From NCBI RefSeq assembly GCF_004010195.1, contig NC_057756.1, forward strand, positions 529,805 through 593,804: DNA of 64,000 nt, given 5' to 3'. Each line of letters begins with the position of its first letter. Position 1 is the first letter of the stretch. A program made the translations under genes and the position numbers. Below the pieces are notes generated by a model. It was given only the letters and a program-made list of their open reading frames with translations, was not told the DNA's origin and searched no databases. Of the stretch, positions 13,765 to 25,896 are shown one piece after another. The DNA comes from Chiloscyllium plagiosum. Its lineage: Eukaryota.

Positions 13765-14310
13765 TGTTAACAAATACTCGCTCCCACATTCTGTTCGAGG
13801 TAGGGGACTGAAACAATCAATTAAAACCCCTGGAAAAGATTGCGTGGCTTGGAGGGGAAATTGCAGGTGGTGTCGTTCCCAAGTACCTGCTGCCCTTGTC
13901 GTTCTAGATGGAACCGCATTGTCCTGGATAGTGTCTAGCTTCCTGAGTGTTGTTGCAGCTGCACCTGTCCAGGCAAGTGGACTGTATTCTATCACACTCC
14001 TGACTTCTGCCTTGTAGATGGTCAACAGATTTTGGTGTGTCAGGAGGTGAGTTACTTACCGCACTATCCCTAGACTTTGACCTGCTCTTGTAGCCACTGT
14101 GTTTATGTGGTGAGTCCAGTTGAGTTTCTGGTCAATGGTAACCCTAAGGATGTTGACAGTGGGTGATTAAGTGATGGTAATACCGTTGGTTGTCAAGCGT
14201 GGTGGTTAGAGTGTCTCTTATTAGTGGTGGTCATTGTCTGGCATTTCTGTTGTGAATGTCACTTGCCACTTGTCAGCCCAAGCCTGGATATTGTCTAGAT
14301 CTTCTTGCAT
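13765..14310 (-). mobile_element. 3' fragment of a second non-LTR family (CR1/L2-clade) nested in the Gypsy element
   Basis: QEDLDNIQAWADKWQVTF; YKAEVRSVIEYSPLAW; homologous to 47100-47710. Confidence 0.8.
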
Positions 14311-17133
14311 TCGAGCCAATAACAGCTTCACTATGGTAGGCAGCACTCCTAGTTGTGAACTAGCAATAAGATTAGCAAGGATAAATTGTGTTCCTGGAGC
14401 TGAGAGTTTGTTCTCTACCTTTACCACGACTTTTGCTCTCTTCACTGGATACGCTAACCTCACTTTACATAATTGAGCGCTTCTTGTCTCAGCGTGAATT
14501 CCTGTTACTAGTAGCTTTTCAGAGGTACATATTTCCTCACTTTTCAACTTCACAGATTAAGAGGATCCTATACCTCTTAATATTGTAACACCTTTACCTG
14601 CCACTCCTGGCCTATTTAAATAAACTTTACCTTGGCGGGTGTGTAGTATAAGAAGATCTGGTATTTTTCCTCAGCCAACCTTCCACCAATGTGTACATTT
14701 TATTGCATGTTTCTAGTCTCTACTGTGATTTCCATTACAACTCCAACAAAATTCACTATTGTTTTCCTATATCTGATTTCACATTGCTTTTCCTAAACCA
14801 CCGACCCTGCGTTTTAATGTGGCCTACTGTGTTTCAGTGAAACCACTAAAGCTTTTTAACTTCTCTTTCCCCTTCAAGGATTTCCTTTTTACTCTGTAGT
14901 TGATTATCTTTATGATCTGCATCAGGATCTATCTTTCCCTTTCCATGTGAGGGTTTCTCTGTTCCCCTATGCCTCTCCCCCATGGAGTGAAATTGATCTT
15001 CGAAGCCAGCTTTGATTTATGGACCAACTCATAATGATCATTCATTTCAGCTGTTAATCTTGTAGTTTTCACTCTCTGTTCGTCCACATGAGTTCTTACT
15101 ACTTCAGGAAGAGGATTTTTGTACTTCCCCAAAAGAATTGTCTCTGGAAGAACATCTTAGGGTTGCTCTATTTTTAAGGCCCTCATCCACCTTTTCAAAA
15201 TTGCTTTGTTTGATCCTTTCAACTTCAATGTAAATTTGATGAGGGTTCCTCCTTTGATTCCTGAGACGTTCTCTGCTGGCTTCTAGCACAAATCCTACGC
15301 ACTTAAGATGGCTTTCTTCACCTCCTCATACTACCCCGGTACATCCTCTGATATCGATGCAAATATGTCACTAGCTCCACCTACAAGTTTTGCTGGATCA
15401 ACAAAACCCACATGGTCGCTGGCTACTTATGTTTGTTTAGCCACCTTGTCCAATGAGATGAAAAAGGCTTCCACATTCTTCTCATTAAAGTTAGCCAATG
15501 CTTGAATATATTTAAACAGTTTTAACCAGACATTTGGCTACTGTGGGATTGTTCATCCTCACTAAATTTACCTTCAGCCTTCATCTCCATCGTTTTAAAC
15601 TGCCTTTCCTCGCTAAGTGCTAATTTCTGAAGTTCAATCTCCCTCTCCTGCTTCCTTTCCTCTCTCTGCTTTTCTCTCTCCTCTCTCTCTTTCTTTCCTC
15701 TTTCTCGTCCCTCTCTTTTTTCTTTTTTTTCTGCAAAGAAAATTCGTTCTTTTCCCCTTCCCTCTGCTTTCAATCCGAAATCAACCTGTTTCATTTCTAG
15801 TGTCCTTTCCTTGTCTTTAACCTCAAACTGACATTGTTTCATTTTCAATTGAATTTTAGCCATCTCTGAAGATTCCGATTGTGTTTCCAGCAAATTTAAA
15901 TTTGTGCTGTTGCGGTAATTATATCTCCTTTCCTCATGGAAGGAGGCAGCTCCAACTCCACATTGTCAGCTAATTCCAGCAGCTTGGCCTTAATCACTTT
16001 TTCCACAACCCCCAAGGTCACTTCTTCCACCCCCAGAAAACTCTTGGTGACCGAAAGAGCTATTGCTAACCCTAGCACTGTTTAAAACCAACTGAATTCA
16101 ACAACCAGAACAAAAGACAATAACACTTACCACTCGCTGCAATCAAATCCAACAGCCCTAATCCCAATTTGAACCTATAGGGCAAATCCTGCAGAAAGCC
16201 CCCAGTCTGTTATGGATCAGGCTTGACCTCATCAAAGCATTTCAAGAAAGTAGCGCAGAACCTAACTTTGCGAGTTGTTTTAAGCAGGTGTAAAGTAGAT
16301 ATTCAAGGAGACATGCTGCTCTTCAGATCACTTCGTTTTAAACACAAATGAAAGAGAACAGTAGACGGAATAATTTAACCTCCATAAACACCTTTTGCTG
16401 CACAAACTAAAATCAAATATAGGGTCTTACAAGTTTTATTTCTCGTCTTACACAAAATTAGCCTGCGGCGCATAGATTATAGCCATCCAAACATGCAGCC
16501 CAACACTATCTTATCAAGGGAAATGAGAAATGGGCAGTGTGTTTTGGACAATCTATCAATGCCCACATGCTACGGATGAATAAATAAAAGTGTAGAATTG
16601 AGAAACTTATTCTTGTTTATGTGTCAAGTACTGTTCTGGTATGTGACCTTTTCTGTTTCTCAGTGTAGGTCACCATTTCATGCACTCTGACCTATTTTAG
16701 ATATTGCTATAAAAGTATATAATAATATAAGTGATATGGCAGTGCAACAGAACTCTTTGAAAGTCGACAACCTCTGCTGTATTATCCATGGAGATGTCCA
16801 AGTGATTCACAGCCTACCTATCTTGTCCAACTTCATCAGCTAATCTAGATGTATCATCATGCCACAGGCATGTCAATGCTAATCAGCGCCCATCAAAATA
16901 GTGCCTTTTTATAGTTACTGTTTGTCCCTTCTTTACTAAAATTAGATTTGCGTTTTCATTTCCTGTGATTGCAAGACTGGAAGTATTAACTGAGTGTCTC
17001 TTTTCTAGCAGCATTATGTTACAGTTAAGATGATGATCTCACATCAGTAATTTTCTTTCATGTTTAATCTGTTTATCTTTCTTTTTATACATCAGAAATG
17101 CATGCCAACTATCAACAATTATTTTCTCCACAG

Positions 17134-17169
17134 AAATTCGTAAATTAAAAGATGCATTGGGTGGCAGAG
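17134..17169 (+). CDS. Microexon 1 of an unidentified coiled-coil-like protein (36 nt, xIRKLKDALGGR)
   Basis: attttctccacag|AAATTCG...GGCAGAG|gtaagc: strong acceptor and donor, length divisible by 3, open in phase 1; LKxAL motif shared with microexon 2. Confidence 0.75.
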
Positions 17170-17560
17170 GTAAGCAAATGATCAGGTGAATGGTATGGTT
17201 CATGAATTGCCAATTTATGGTATTGCAAAGTCACTTACTTCTTTGATGGAAATATGCTTATAACATCACTTGAGCAACATATTATCAGTTGATTGTTTGG
17301 CTACGGTGCAAGATAATCTATTAACTTTATGTGGTGTTGCAATTAGAAATGGTCAGTGATTCAATGTGGATAAATCACTTTGGGAAGAATAAAGAACGTC
17401 AAAATGCAGAAAGTGAATTCTGGTTGCAGGTTTCAATATCTAGATTCAATTAATTTCCATTGCATCATCATTGGCAATGTTTGGAATTACATAATGACTA
17501 TAGCGACCTTATGTTAGTTCCAATGCAAAACAATAGCAGAGTCAACATTTCTTCAACACA

Positions 17561-17780
17561 GGAGAAAGTGAGGTCTGCAGATGCTGGAGATCAGAGCTGA
17601 AAATGTGTTGCCGGAAAAGCGCAGCAGGTCAGGCAGCATCCAGGGAACAGGAGAATCGACGTTTCGGGCATAAGCCCTTCTTCAGGAATCATTCCTGAAG
17701 AAGGGCTTATGCCCGAAACGTCGATTCTCCTGTTCCCTGGATGCTGCCTGACCTGCTGCGCTTTTCCAGCAACACATTTT
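17561..17780. mobile_element. Palindromic Penelope-like mini-element with 15-bp TSD
   Basis: 91-bp inverted arms 17599-17689 and 17691-17781 with 1 mismatch; TSD catttcttcaacaca at 17546-17560 and 17781-17795. Confidence 0.9.
17695..17722 (+). ncRNA. Minimal hammerhead core (mirror copy on the minus strand at 17658-17685)
   Basis: CTGAAGA-a-gggc-ttat-gccc-GAAA-CG-TC; weak stem I. Confidence 0.6.
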
Positions 17781-18108
17781 CATTTCTTCAACACATTCTA
17801 TTGAATGCAACAGTTACACATATGTGTGTGAAAAATGTTCATAGCTGGCAGCCTCAATCATTAAGTGAAAGTAAAACGCGAATTTCAATTGTAGAAGAGA
17901 AGAAGTGCTAACTATCAAAGGCATGATTATGCCCCAGGCTCTAGGAAACTTTAGAAAATCATTCCAAATGCAGCTACCATCTCCACAGTTGCTGTTTTGA
18001 CAAATATCACGCAGTCAGGATCTTTGTTTTTTTTGGATTTTACTCCCTTAATCTCCTCCAAAATGTTCATTTTAGTGTTATTGATGACTTTACATCCCTA
18101 CTATACTC

Positions 18109-18293
18109 ATGATTTGGAGATGCCGGTGTTGGACTGGGGTGTACAAAGTTAAAACTCACACAGCACCAGGTTATAGTCCAACAGGTTTAATTAGAAGCAC
18201 ACTAGCTTTCGGAGCGTCGCTCCTTCATCAGGTGTGCTTCCAATTAAACCTGTTGGACGATAACCTAGTGTTGTGTGATTTTTAACTTTGTAC
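18109..18293 (-). mobile_element. Hairpin Penelope-like mini-element of a different family
   Basis: 62-bp inverted arms 18141-18202 and 18232-18293 (57/62 match) enclosing a hammerhead core. Confidence 0.8.
18194..18240 (-). ncRNA. Type I hammerhead ribozyme motif with extended stem I
   Basis: Minus strand gaagcacac-CTGATGA-a-ggagc-gac-gctcc-GAAA-GC-TA-gtgtgcttc. Confidence 0.8.
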
Positions 18294-21229
18294 TATTTTC
18301 ATGCCTTGTTTGCCGTATTTTTTTTTAGCATTTAATTCATGATCTTTACTGTAACAAACGGTTGTTAAATATTGATGATATTTCTCATTCTTCCATGATA
18401 ATTTCTTCTTCCTTGATTTGACCCTAACTATTGAGCAAAGCTGCCTCTAAGATATGTTGGTACTATAACATTTCCACGAGTTATTGGTGTAGGAACTCGG
18501 TATGATCGCAACCTATAAACCAATTCTAAGAGTTTCTTTTGTGAAGTTGGTACAATATTTTGTTACAGTGAACCTCCCACCACATTATCTCATAAACTGT
18601 GAACATTCAATCAGAATTGTAACGCATTGCAATATACATTCTGAATAATTCAGTGAATCCTTCGTTTCAACATTGCCGTCTGAATAGCGAGAACGACCTC
18701 GGGATTTCGTAAAGTGTAACATAATCTGTTAGCTCAGTTGCTGCATTGCAGAGGAATGCCAACAATAGAACCTTAATATCTGTACAGGTCAAGATGCGTA
18801 TGCCAGTTCTGTGTTATCAATCTCAATGCTCATCCACAGTAACTCTCTCATTAACTTCGCCACTATCTCACAGTAATGATAGGGGTGACGATGAAAACTG
18901 ACATTTTTTTTAACTGACTCTAATGGTGCAAATGCAGTCTACAAGTTACACCTGATTCAGAAAAAAAATATCCTTCCATATCTCAAAACGTTGTATTAAG
19001 GATACCTACATGAAATATTCGCTGCTGGGTATCTGATGAACTGCTAACACAGGACAATATGTTCGCTAAATTGCAATGTATAAACTAGCCATATGCATGA
19101 CCGCAACTCAGTCTCCATTTTCTCTGATTAACTTCACTCTTGCAATTTTATTTCATTATAACATAGGTGGAAGTGGTAAGTAGGTGCTAGTAAGTAGAAA
19201 CCTAAGCATCGAATTATGTGCCCTAATTGTCAGTACCCAATGTTGATTGCTTTTCGTAGTACCACTTAATCTCTAGACCTGACGCGCTGGTCGACAGACT
19301 TCTCTGCTTCTCTTGTAGGCAGACTTCTCTGTTTTAAAAACAGCAACTAATGTTGTGTGTTGATAGTATTCTAAGAAGACAGACGATCAGAAACTTGTCT
19401 CAAAACTTGCCTGACTATTCTGTTTCATAATTTAAAATTCTTCAATGCCTCCTCTTCACACGAAATTATCAATTTGTGAAGATACATGGGAATTTCCACT
19501 CTGCGAACAAGATCACATTGCAGGTTCTGAACTTTATTACAAACAAACTAATTTCACCAAAATGACCTAATAGAGTACTTGAATACCCTCAATGCATGAT
19601 TTATGTAAACCGATTGTAAACAGATTTGATCAGCTTCCCGTATATAATGAATACATCTACAGATAGTTTTAGGGATGAAACTCTCTGAAGTGTTTCACCT
19701 GCAAAAGAAGAGGCTATATGACAATTGATCTATTTTCACAGTAATAAGAGGTCAAAAAGACATACAAAACTTTCACGCAGTCATTAAATGTGGAGAAATC
19801 ACTTTGATAACGATAGTAAACGTCAGAGTGTTCCAAAGTGAATTCTGCATGTGTGTTTCAATATCAAAATTCGATTTAAACTCCATTGTATCATTATTGG
19901 CAAAGCTTGGACGAACCTAATTGCTATAGCTGTCTTATGTTCGTTCATGTGCAGAACAGCATGAGGATCTGTGTTGAAAGAGCTGAAGTATCTTCCAAGA
20001 GTTTTTGAAGCGTTGAGCATTTCGTCATCACGAAAGAATTATTACTCCTTGCACGACATTTCTTTTCTGTGAAAATCCAAACTAAGTTACCAGGCTGACT
20101 GTCTGCTACCAGCTAATTCAGAGTGAGTTAAAATGAATGAAATCTTACAAATAACTAATTCCTTTTGTTTTGTCTCTCTGACTAGATTATTTACTACTCT
20201 GTTGTGGGCCAGGCAAATTCATGGTGCTTAGCGATTTTCCTTCATGTCCAGTTAGAAGAACATTCTAAATTCTGTGATACATTTTCTAAGTGATTCTAGC
20301 ATTATTCTTGGAGATTGCCGTCCGCCCTGTGTCCCACCTCCCGGCATGTTAAGCAAAGAAATATGAAGAGCAAAATTAACTAATAATAGAGATCTGTGGG
20401 AAAAGTAGGCCAGGATACAGCGTATACAGTATATACATTTATTTATGATTCTTCCAATACAAAAAAAACTCTACCTACAATAAGCATCAATAGTTCGAAG
20501 AGAATTATTTACATGAATCACGCGGTTAACCTGAGTAGTCATGATAACTCATCACCAGAACTGTTGACGTCTGTCCAGTTAAAAAAATCGTCTTGGCTTT
20601 GACTGAGATTCTGGACAGCATTTTATCTATCACTGTGTGATTCTTTCCACAGAATCACTTGCTTGACAGAGACAGCTGCATAATTCATACCGACATATTC
20701 ATGTTTTAAGCTAATCACCAGCAAATATTAGTTACTTTCCCTGTTACTTCGTGTCTCCTTCATAGAAAACTCCCTCAACAGTAATTGTATGGCAATTGAA
20801 ACTAAATCAGCAATAAGGACCTGTTTGAATCCACGCATTTTGAGTTACATCTCTACTCCTGTGGGGACTGCAACGTGTCTTCATCCTCAAATCATAAAAC
20901 GTATGTGTAGTAGATATTGTCAAATCTCCTAAATATAGTTGATTCTCACTTATGACTGGAGTTATGTATCAGTTAGTTGCTGTTTTGTAAACGATGGTGA
21001 GATGATTGTACTTTATATTTCAAAATGCTGTTAAAGAAACCCTCAAATAATATGATAATCGCTGGGGCAAATCTCTTGCTAATATATTCACACTGAACAT
21101 AAATATCACATTTAACTACGATATTATTTGTTAATTAAATCAATTCAGCAATACTGTATAAGTAAACTTTCACTCAGTTTTAACTTAATTCACGAAGTTG
21201 AATATTACAAATGCCCATCAATAAAAGTC

Positions 21230-21720
21230 CTCAAGATTTTGAACAGCAGTAGGCTGCTCCGCTCTTAAAATCTGTTCCACTAATCACAGGGTCTTGGTTG
21301 ATCCGTCCACACATTCACTTTCCAGCCCTTTCTCGTAAACCTTGACTCTCATACCCATCTATCTATCTCAGCTACAAATACACATAAGGAATCTGCACCA
21401 ACACGATCTGCCAGCTCTCTGTGATGTGACATTCCAAAGACTTACAGCTTACTGAGGGAATTACTTCGTTATTCAATGTTAAATTAGCAACCTTACATCA
21501 CAAGATTTTGCCCTTTGGTCCTAGACTCTCAGATAATGGTAAACATCCTCTCAATATTTCAACAAGCAAGTTCCTTATGAGGTCACCTGTCATTCTTATA
21601 AAATCCAGCAGTATAATTCCAACTCGTTTAACCTTTGCTCATAAGATAATGTATCCATACTAGGGACCATCTTGGTGAAACTTCTGTGAACCTTTAATAA
21701 TGAGTCTTTAATAATTTCCA
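21230..21720 (-). mobile_element. Old CR1-type 3' fragment
   Basis: gtcctagactctc, tcacctgtcattctt and acctttgctcataaga resemble the other minus-strand CR1 3' ends. Confidence 0.6.
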
Positions 21721-22046
21721 TATGCAAAGTTCACCATCATTGTTAATAACTGTTGATTTGTCTTTTCAGGCAATTGCCATATGCTAAATAAATTGCTCAG
21801 CATCTGTGAAATGTTTTAGAGAATTGACAAATGTGTTTTATATTAGCAAAGTTTTGAACATTTTCAGTGTTATTATTCAAAATGGAAATAAATATGTTAT
21901 TGAGAAGGTACAGTTGTGTGAAGTTATATTTGGCACTAATATTTCAGCACATGTTTAAAAAGATAAATCCATTCGTTTCATTCCATTTGCTTGTCTTATA
22001 CCAGTGGGACCACTTAAAGGACTGAAATCATATATTATCTTTTCAG

Positions 22047-22082
22047 ATGAATCCAGCCTAAAACAAGCTCTGGATAAAGCAG
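22047..22082 (+). CDS. Microexon 2 (36 nt, DESSLKQALDKA)
   Basis: atcttttcag|ATGAATCC...AAAGCAG|gtgggg: moderate donor, phase 1-1, open frame; SLKQALDKA aligns with DLNKDLTDM of microexon 5. Confidence 0.65.
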
Positions 22083-22439
22083 GTGGGGTAAACAAAAAGA
22101 AAAATAAACGGACAAAATTTTGGCCACTTCCATTATATTCCCTTTTAACGAATTATTCACATAATTTCACTCCTGACATTTATTGAATCAAGTTTTTCTA
22201 TATCGACAAATTATAAAAACATATGGCCTAAAATTCTGGTCAGCGAATTCACTCAGAAAATTTATTCTAACCGTAAATAATTGTGACAAACCTTTCTTTG
22301 TATGCTGACCCAGTTGCATCAAATATGTACAATATGTCATCAATGACAGCAAACATGGGGAGACAGGAGCAGGAGGCATAATACACACCTTATCAAACAT
22401 AATGAAGCTGCCATAACATGGGAAAATCTTAATCGCCTT

Positions 22440-24600
22440 AATCTTACAGTGGGTGTGGTGATTGAATGGATGATTTTCTGAATCTGTACATGAGTGAGTA
22501 AGCAAATAAGCAACTAACTGAATAAATACGAGTGAGCGAAAAATTCATTTTTAAGTGGGTATGCAGTTATGGGGGTTGCAGTTATGGGGGTGATTGGGTG
22601 AACGTGAAATTGTGCAGTCCTAAGTGAGTGGCATGTGAATGGGTGTTGTCTGATTCTGTAGCAATGAATGGACAAGTAACTGGATTGGATTTAGTGGCTG
22701 TATGAGTGAGTTTGTGTGTGTGAGTCATTACGTGACTCGGTGTCTGAGTGACTTGGAGTTCGTGTAACAGATGCTGCAACATTAAAAATGATTGATTGGA
22801 TGTTTCAATAGTTGGATCAATAAGTGGTCGAGGGTGAGGTGAAAAATGCTTCAATGAATGCTTGACTGGCTGATTTGAATGGGGCAATGAACGAATAAGT
22901 ACCTTTTTTATGATGGCTGGGGGCATCAGGGATAAAGTAATTATTTTAATGTTTGCTATGAGTGGGAGGGTGAGTGGATTCTTGAGTCCCCGGAATTGTC
23001 AGATGTTCATTGGGTAAGAAGGCTGGCTGAGATAATCTTACATGAGTAAATGCTTTGCTGAGTAGTTTAAGGAGCAATTCTATGACTGGAAGATTGTTTG
23101 AGTCAGTTGGTAAATTATTTAGCGAATGAAGAGTGATAGGAAGTACATGAGTGGTTGGGTGAAGGACGTGTGATTGGGTGATTTCGGTTGTGAATGCATG
23201 CATACTTGCATGGGTGGCTGTCTATGTCAGTGATTTTATGTGAGTTAACTAGTGATATTGTTGACAACTTCTGTGAATATGTCAGGAAATGAGTGGTTTG
23301 AAGAATTTAGGGAAATCTAAAATGACCACGATAGGAGAATATTTGGATGACATGTTTGTTCTGTTGAGCATGTACATGAAGTAATAGGATGACAATTTGT
23401 TGTGACTGAGTTGCAGTGTTCCTATTTCTGGACAAGGATTTAGATTCAAGTTGTACCTGTTTCAGATATATGCCATAACATCTGCAAACAGATTGATTAA
23501 GATGTTTTCAGTATCTGGCAGGGGAGAAGCCTTGGTCAAGAAGGAGGTTCCTCCAGGACGAGCCTATCCCATTGCACTTCATGTGTTTGACGCCTGTGAT
23601 GTCCTCAAATGCTGGATACTCGACTGCAAAATTTGTGTTAGTGGAGGACTCCCCTCATTAATGAAGTAAAAGCAGAGTTTTCAATCAGCGTCCTGCACAG
23701 GACACATTTACATTCTTCCTTTTAGAGGTGATACGGTGATTCAGTGGTCAGCACTGCTGCCTAACAGCTCCAAGGATGCACTTCGATTCCAGACACTTGT
23801 CTGTGTGGAGTTTTCACATTCTCCCTGTGTCTGTGGTGGTTTCCTCTGGGTACTCTGGTTTCCTCCCACAACCTAAAGATATGCATGCCAAGTGGGTTGG
23901 CCATGCTAAATTGCTCCTGATGTTCAGGGATCTGTAGGCAAGATGCATTAGTTGGGGTAAATGTCGAAAATAGGTTAGTGGAATTGGTCTGGGTAGGTTA
24001 GTCTTCAGAGGGTTGGTGTGGACTTTGGGTCAAATGGCCTGTTTCCACACTGTAGAGGTTATATGATGCTAAATAGGGGGTTGCTCGATTATTAATGACT
24101 ATGTTCTTGAGAATTTAATTTTACTTATTGGGGTGACCGAGTGAGTGTTTGAATCAGTGATTTTTTGGTTACTGAATAAATACTAATTTCTTTTCGTAAG
24201 TACTTTGAAACAATGCAGCAGAGTGGCTGTTTTAATGAGTGGGAAGAAACTAGGTAAGTGTGTGAACAAGTGGCTCAGTTAGTGTATACATGAGTGATTT
24301 GTGAATGAGTTTAAAGCAATTAAATATTATTTGACCCTGGTAGGGACAATGTCTTGATGGTTTTGTAAACTGACTTAGTACATAGGTTAATGAATTGGTT
24401 AGTCTTTGAATACGTTTGAGGATGTGAGTAAGCACGTAAATAAATGCATGATTGCTTGACTCAACAGGATAGTACCTGAGTGAGTCAACCAGTCATTTAC
24501 GGAAGAAGTATGAATGATGTGGTGAATGACTATGTGGATGAGAGGATCAGTGCGTGCTTGTACAGTTGGTACTTGTAGTGAAGATGGGACGTGTTCCGAT
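22440..24600. repeat. Degenerate TGAG/TGAA/TGGG-rich low-complexity region
   Basis: Dense tgagt, tgaat and gtgag words with G/T strand skew; interrupted by a SINE. Confidence 0.6.
23730..24060 (+). mobile_element. Older V-SINE (HE1-like)
   Basis: cagtggtcagcactgctgcc; tgtgtggagttttcacattctcc; ggcctgtttccacactgtag tail. Confidence 0.85.
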
Positions 24601-25396
24601 GCGTGTATTGTGGAGCTAATCAGATAAAAGCTTTGGGCAGTCTGATAGGCACGCAGTCAGTTCGCATTCACGACTCATTGGCTGATAATCTGGTGAATGA
24701 TGTCAGCGTTCACAGCGTTCATTCAGTCCAATGCATTAGTGTTAAGACAATAGCAATTCTCCCGTGAGAAAGTATAAATATTTAATTCAACACTGAGAAA
24801 TACAATGTAGCCAAATTGAAAATTAATATGTATTACTTTATCAACAAGTAGACTTTAAAAATTCCGATGTATTTCAATGTAAGTACATTAACAAAACTAT
24901 TGTAAAGAATATAGTCAATAAGCGTTCAGATGGTCAGCATATGATTCCTTGGAAGCTATAGTAATTTTCATAGATGTAGTGCGTGTTCAAAATGAGAATC
25001 AAAATGCTTGGACTGAAATCCGAGATATTGCAAAATAGATTTTGCATCAGTGCAACTGTGTTCCATGAAGGAGATTCATGACATTAAGTGATCCTGAGAG
25101 GATTTAGTAGAGCTACTAGTTAAATTCATGAATCTGAGTTTACCTCTGAAGGGAATTAGGAGATTTGGTATCATCTAGCTAAAGTAAAGCAAGGTATAGT
25201 CAGAATGAGATCCTTTGCAAAAGGCATCAAAAGTGAAAGGTTCTGCAGTGGAGAAATGCTCAATATAATTTCATAATCAATGCCATTACTCCTCAAGCAA
25301 AAAAATCAAGCTAATATTCCAAGTCAGACGATATAATTTGACTTTGTGAACTCGTGCAGTGGCGCGTTTTGGAGGATTTAAATATATATATATATA

Positions 25397-25896
25397 NNNN
25401 NNNNNNNNNNNNNNNNNNNNNNNNNNNNNNNNNNNNNNNNNNNNNNNNNNNNNNNNNNNNNNNNNNNNNNNNNNNNNNNNNNNNNNNNNNNNNNNNNNNN
25501 NNNNNNNNNNNNNNNNNNNNNNNNNNNNNNNNNNNNNNNNNNNNNNNNNNNNNNNNNNNNNNNNNNNNNNNNNNNNNNNNNNNNNNNNNNNNNNNNNNNN
25601 NNNNNNNNNNNNNNNNNNNNNNNNNNNNNNNNNNNNNNNNNNNNNNNNNNNNNNNNNNNNNNNNNNNNNNNNNNNNNNNNNNNNNNNNNNNNNNNNNNNN
25701 NNNNNNNNNNNNNNNNNNNNNNNNNNNNNNNNNNNNNNNNNNNNNNNNNNNNNNNNNNNNNNNNNNNNNNNNNNNNNNNNNNNNNNNNNNNNNNNNNNNN
25801 NNNNNNNNNNNNNNNNNNNNNNNNNNNNNNNNNNNNNNNNNNNNNNNNNNNNNNNNNNNNNNNNNNNNNNNNNNNNNNNNNNNNNNNNNNNNNNNN
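25397..25896. other. Assembly gap (500 N) adjacent to an (AT)n run
   Basis: Run of N; the round length suggests a placeholder. Confidence 1.

Larger units (their letters stand above)
10759..16430 (-). mobile_element. Gmr1-like Gypsy LTR retrotransposon, decayed (gag-PR-IN-RT-RH)
   Basis: LTR remnants at ~10759-10960 and ~16208-16400 share ccctaactttgcgagttgttttaag; PBS-like TGGGGGCT follows the 5' LTR; gag KAKLLELA (15896-16078); integrase QSDQGSNF (~13660) lies upstream of RT NAPATFQRL (~12440) and RNase H STVEKE, FRWSLLL (~11700-11890). Confidence 0.85.

Noticed and set aside
15522..15893. K/E/R-rich coiled-coil ORF as a host gene
   Set aside because: Sits between recognisable gag segments of the Gypsy element; the homologous stretch occurs in the second copy (~37200-37360).
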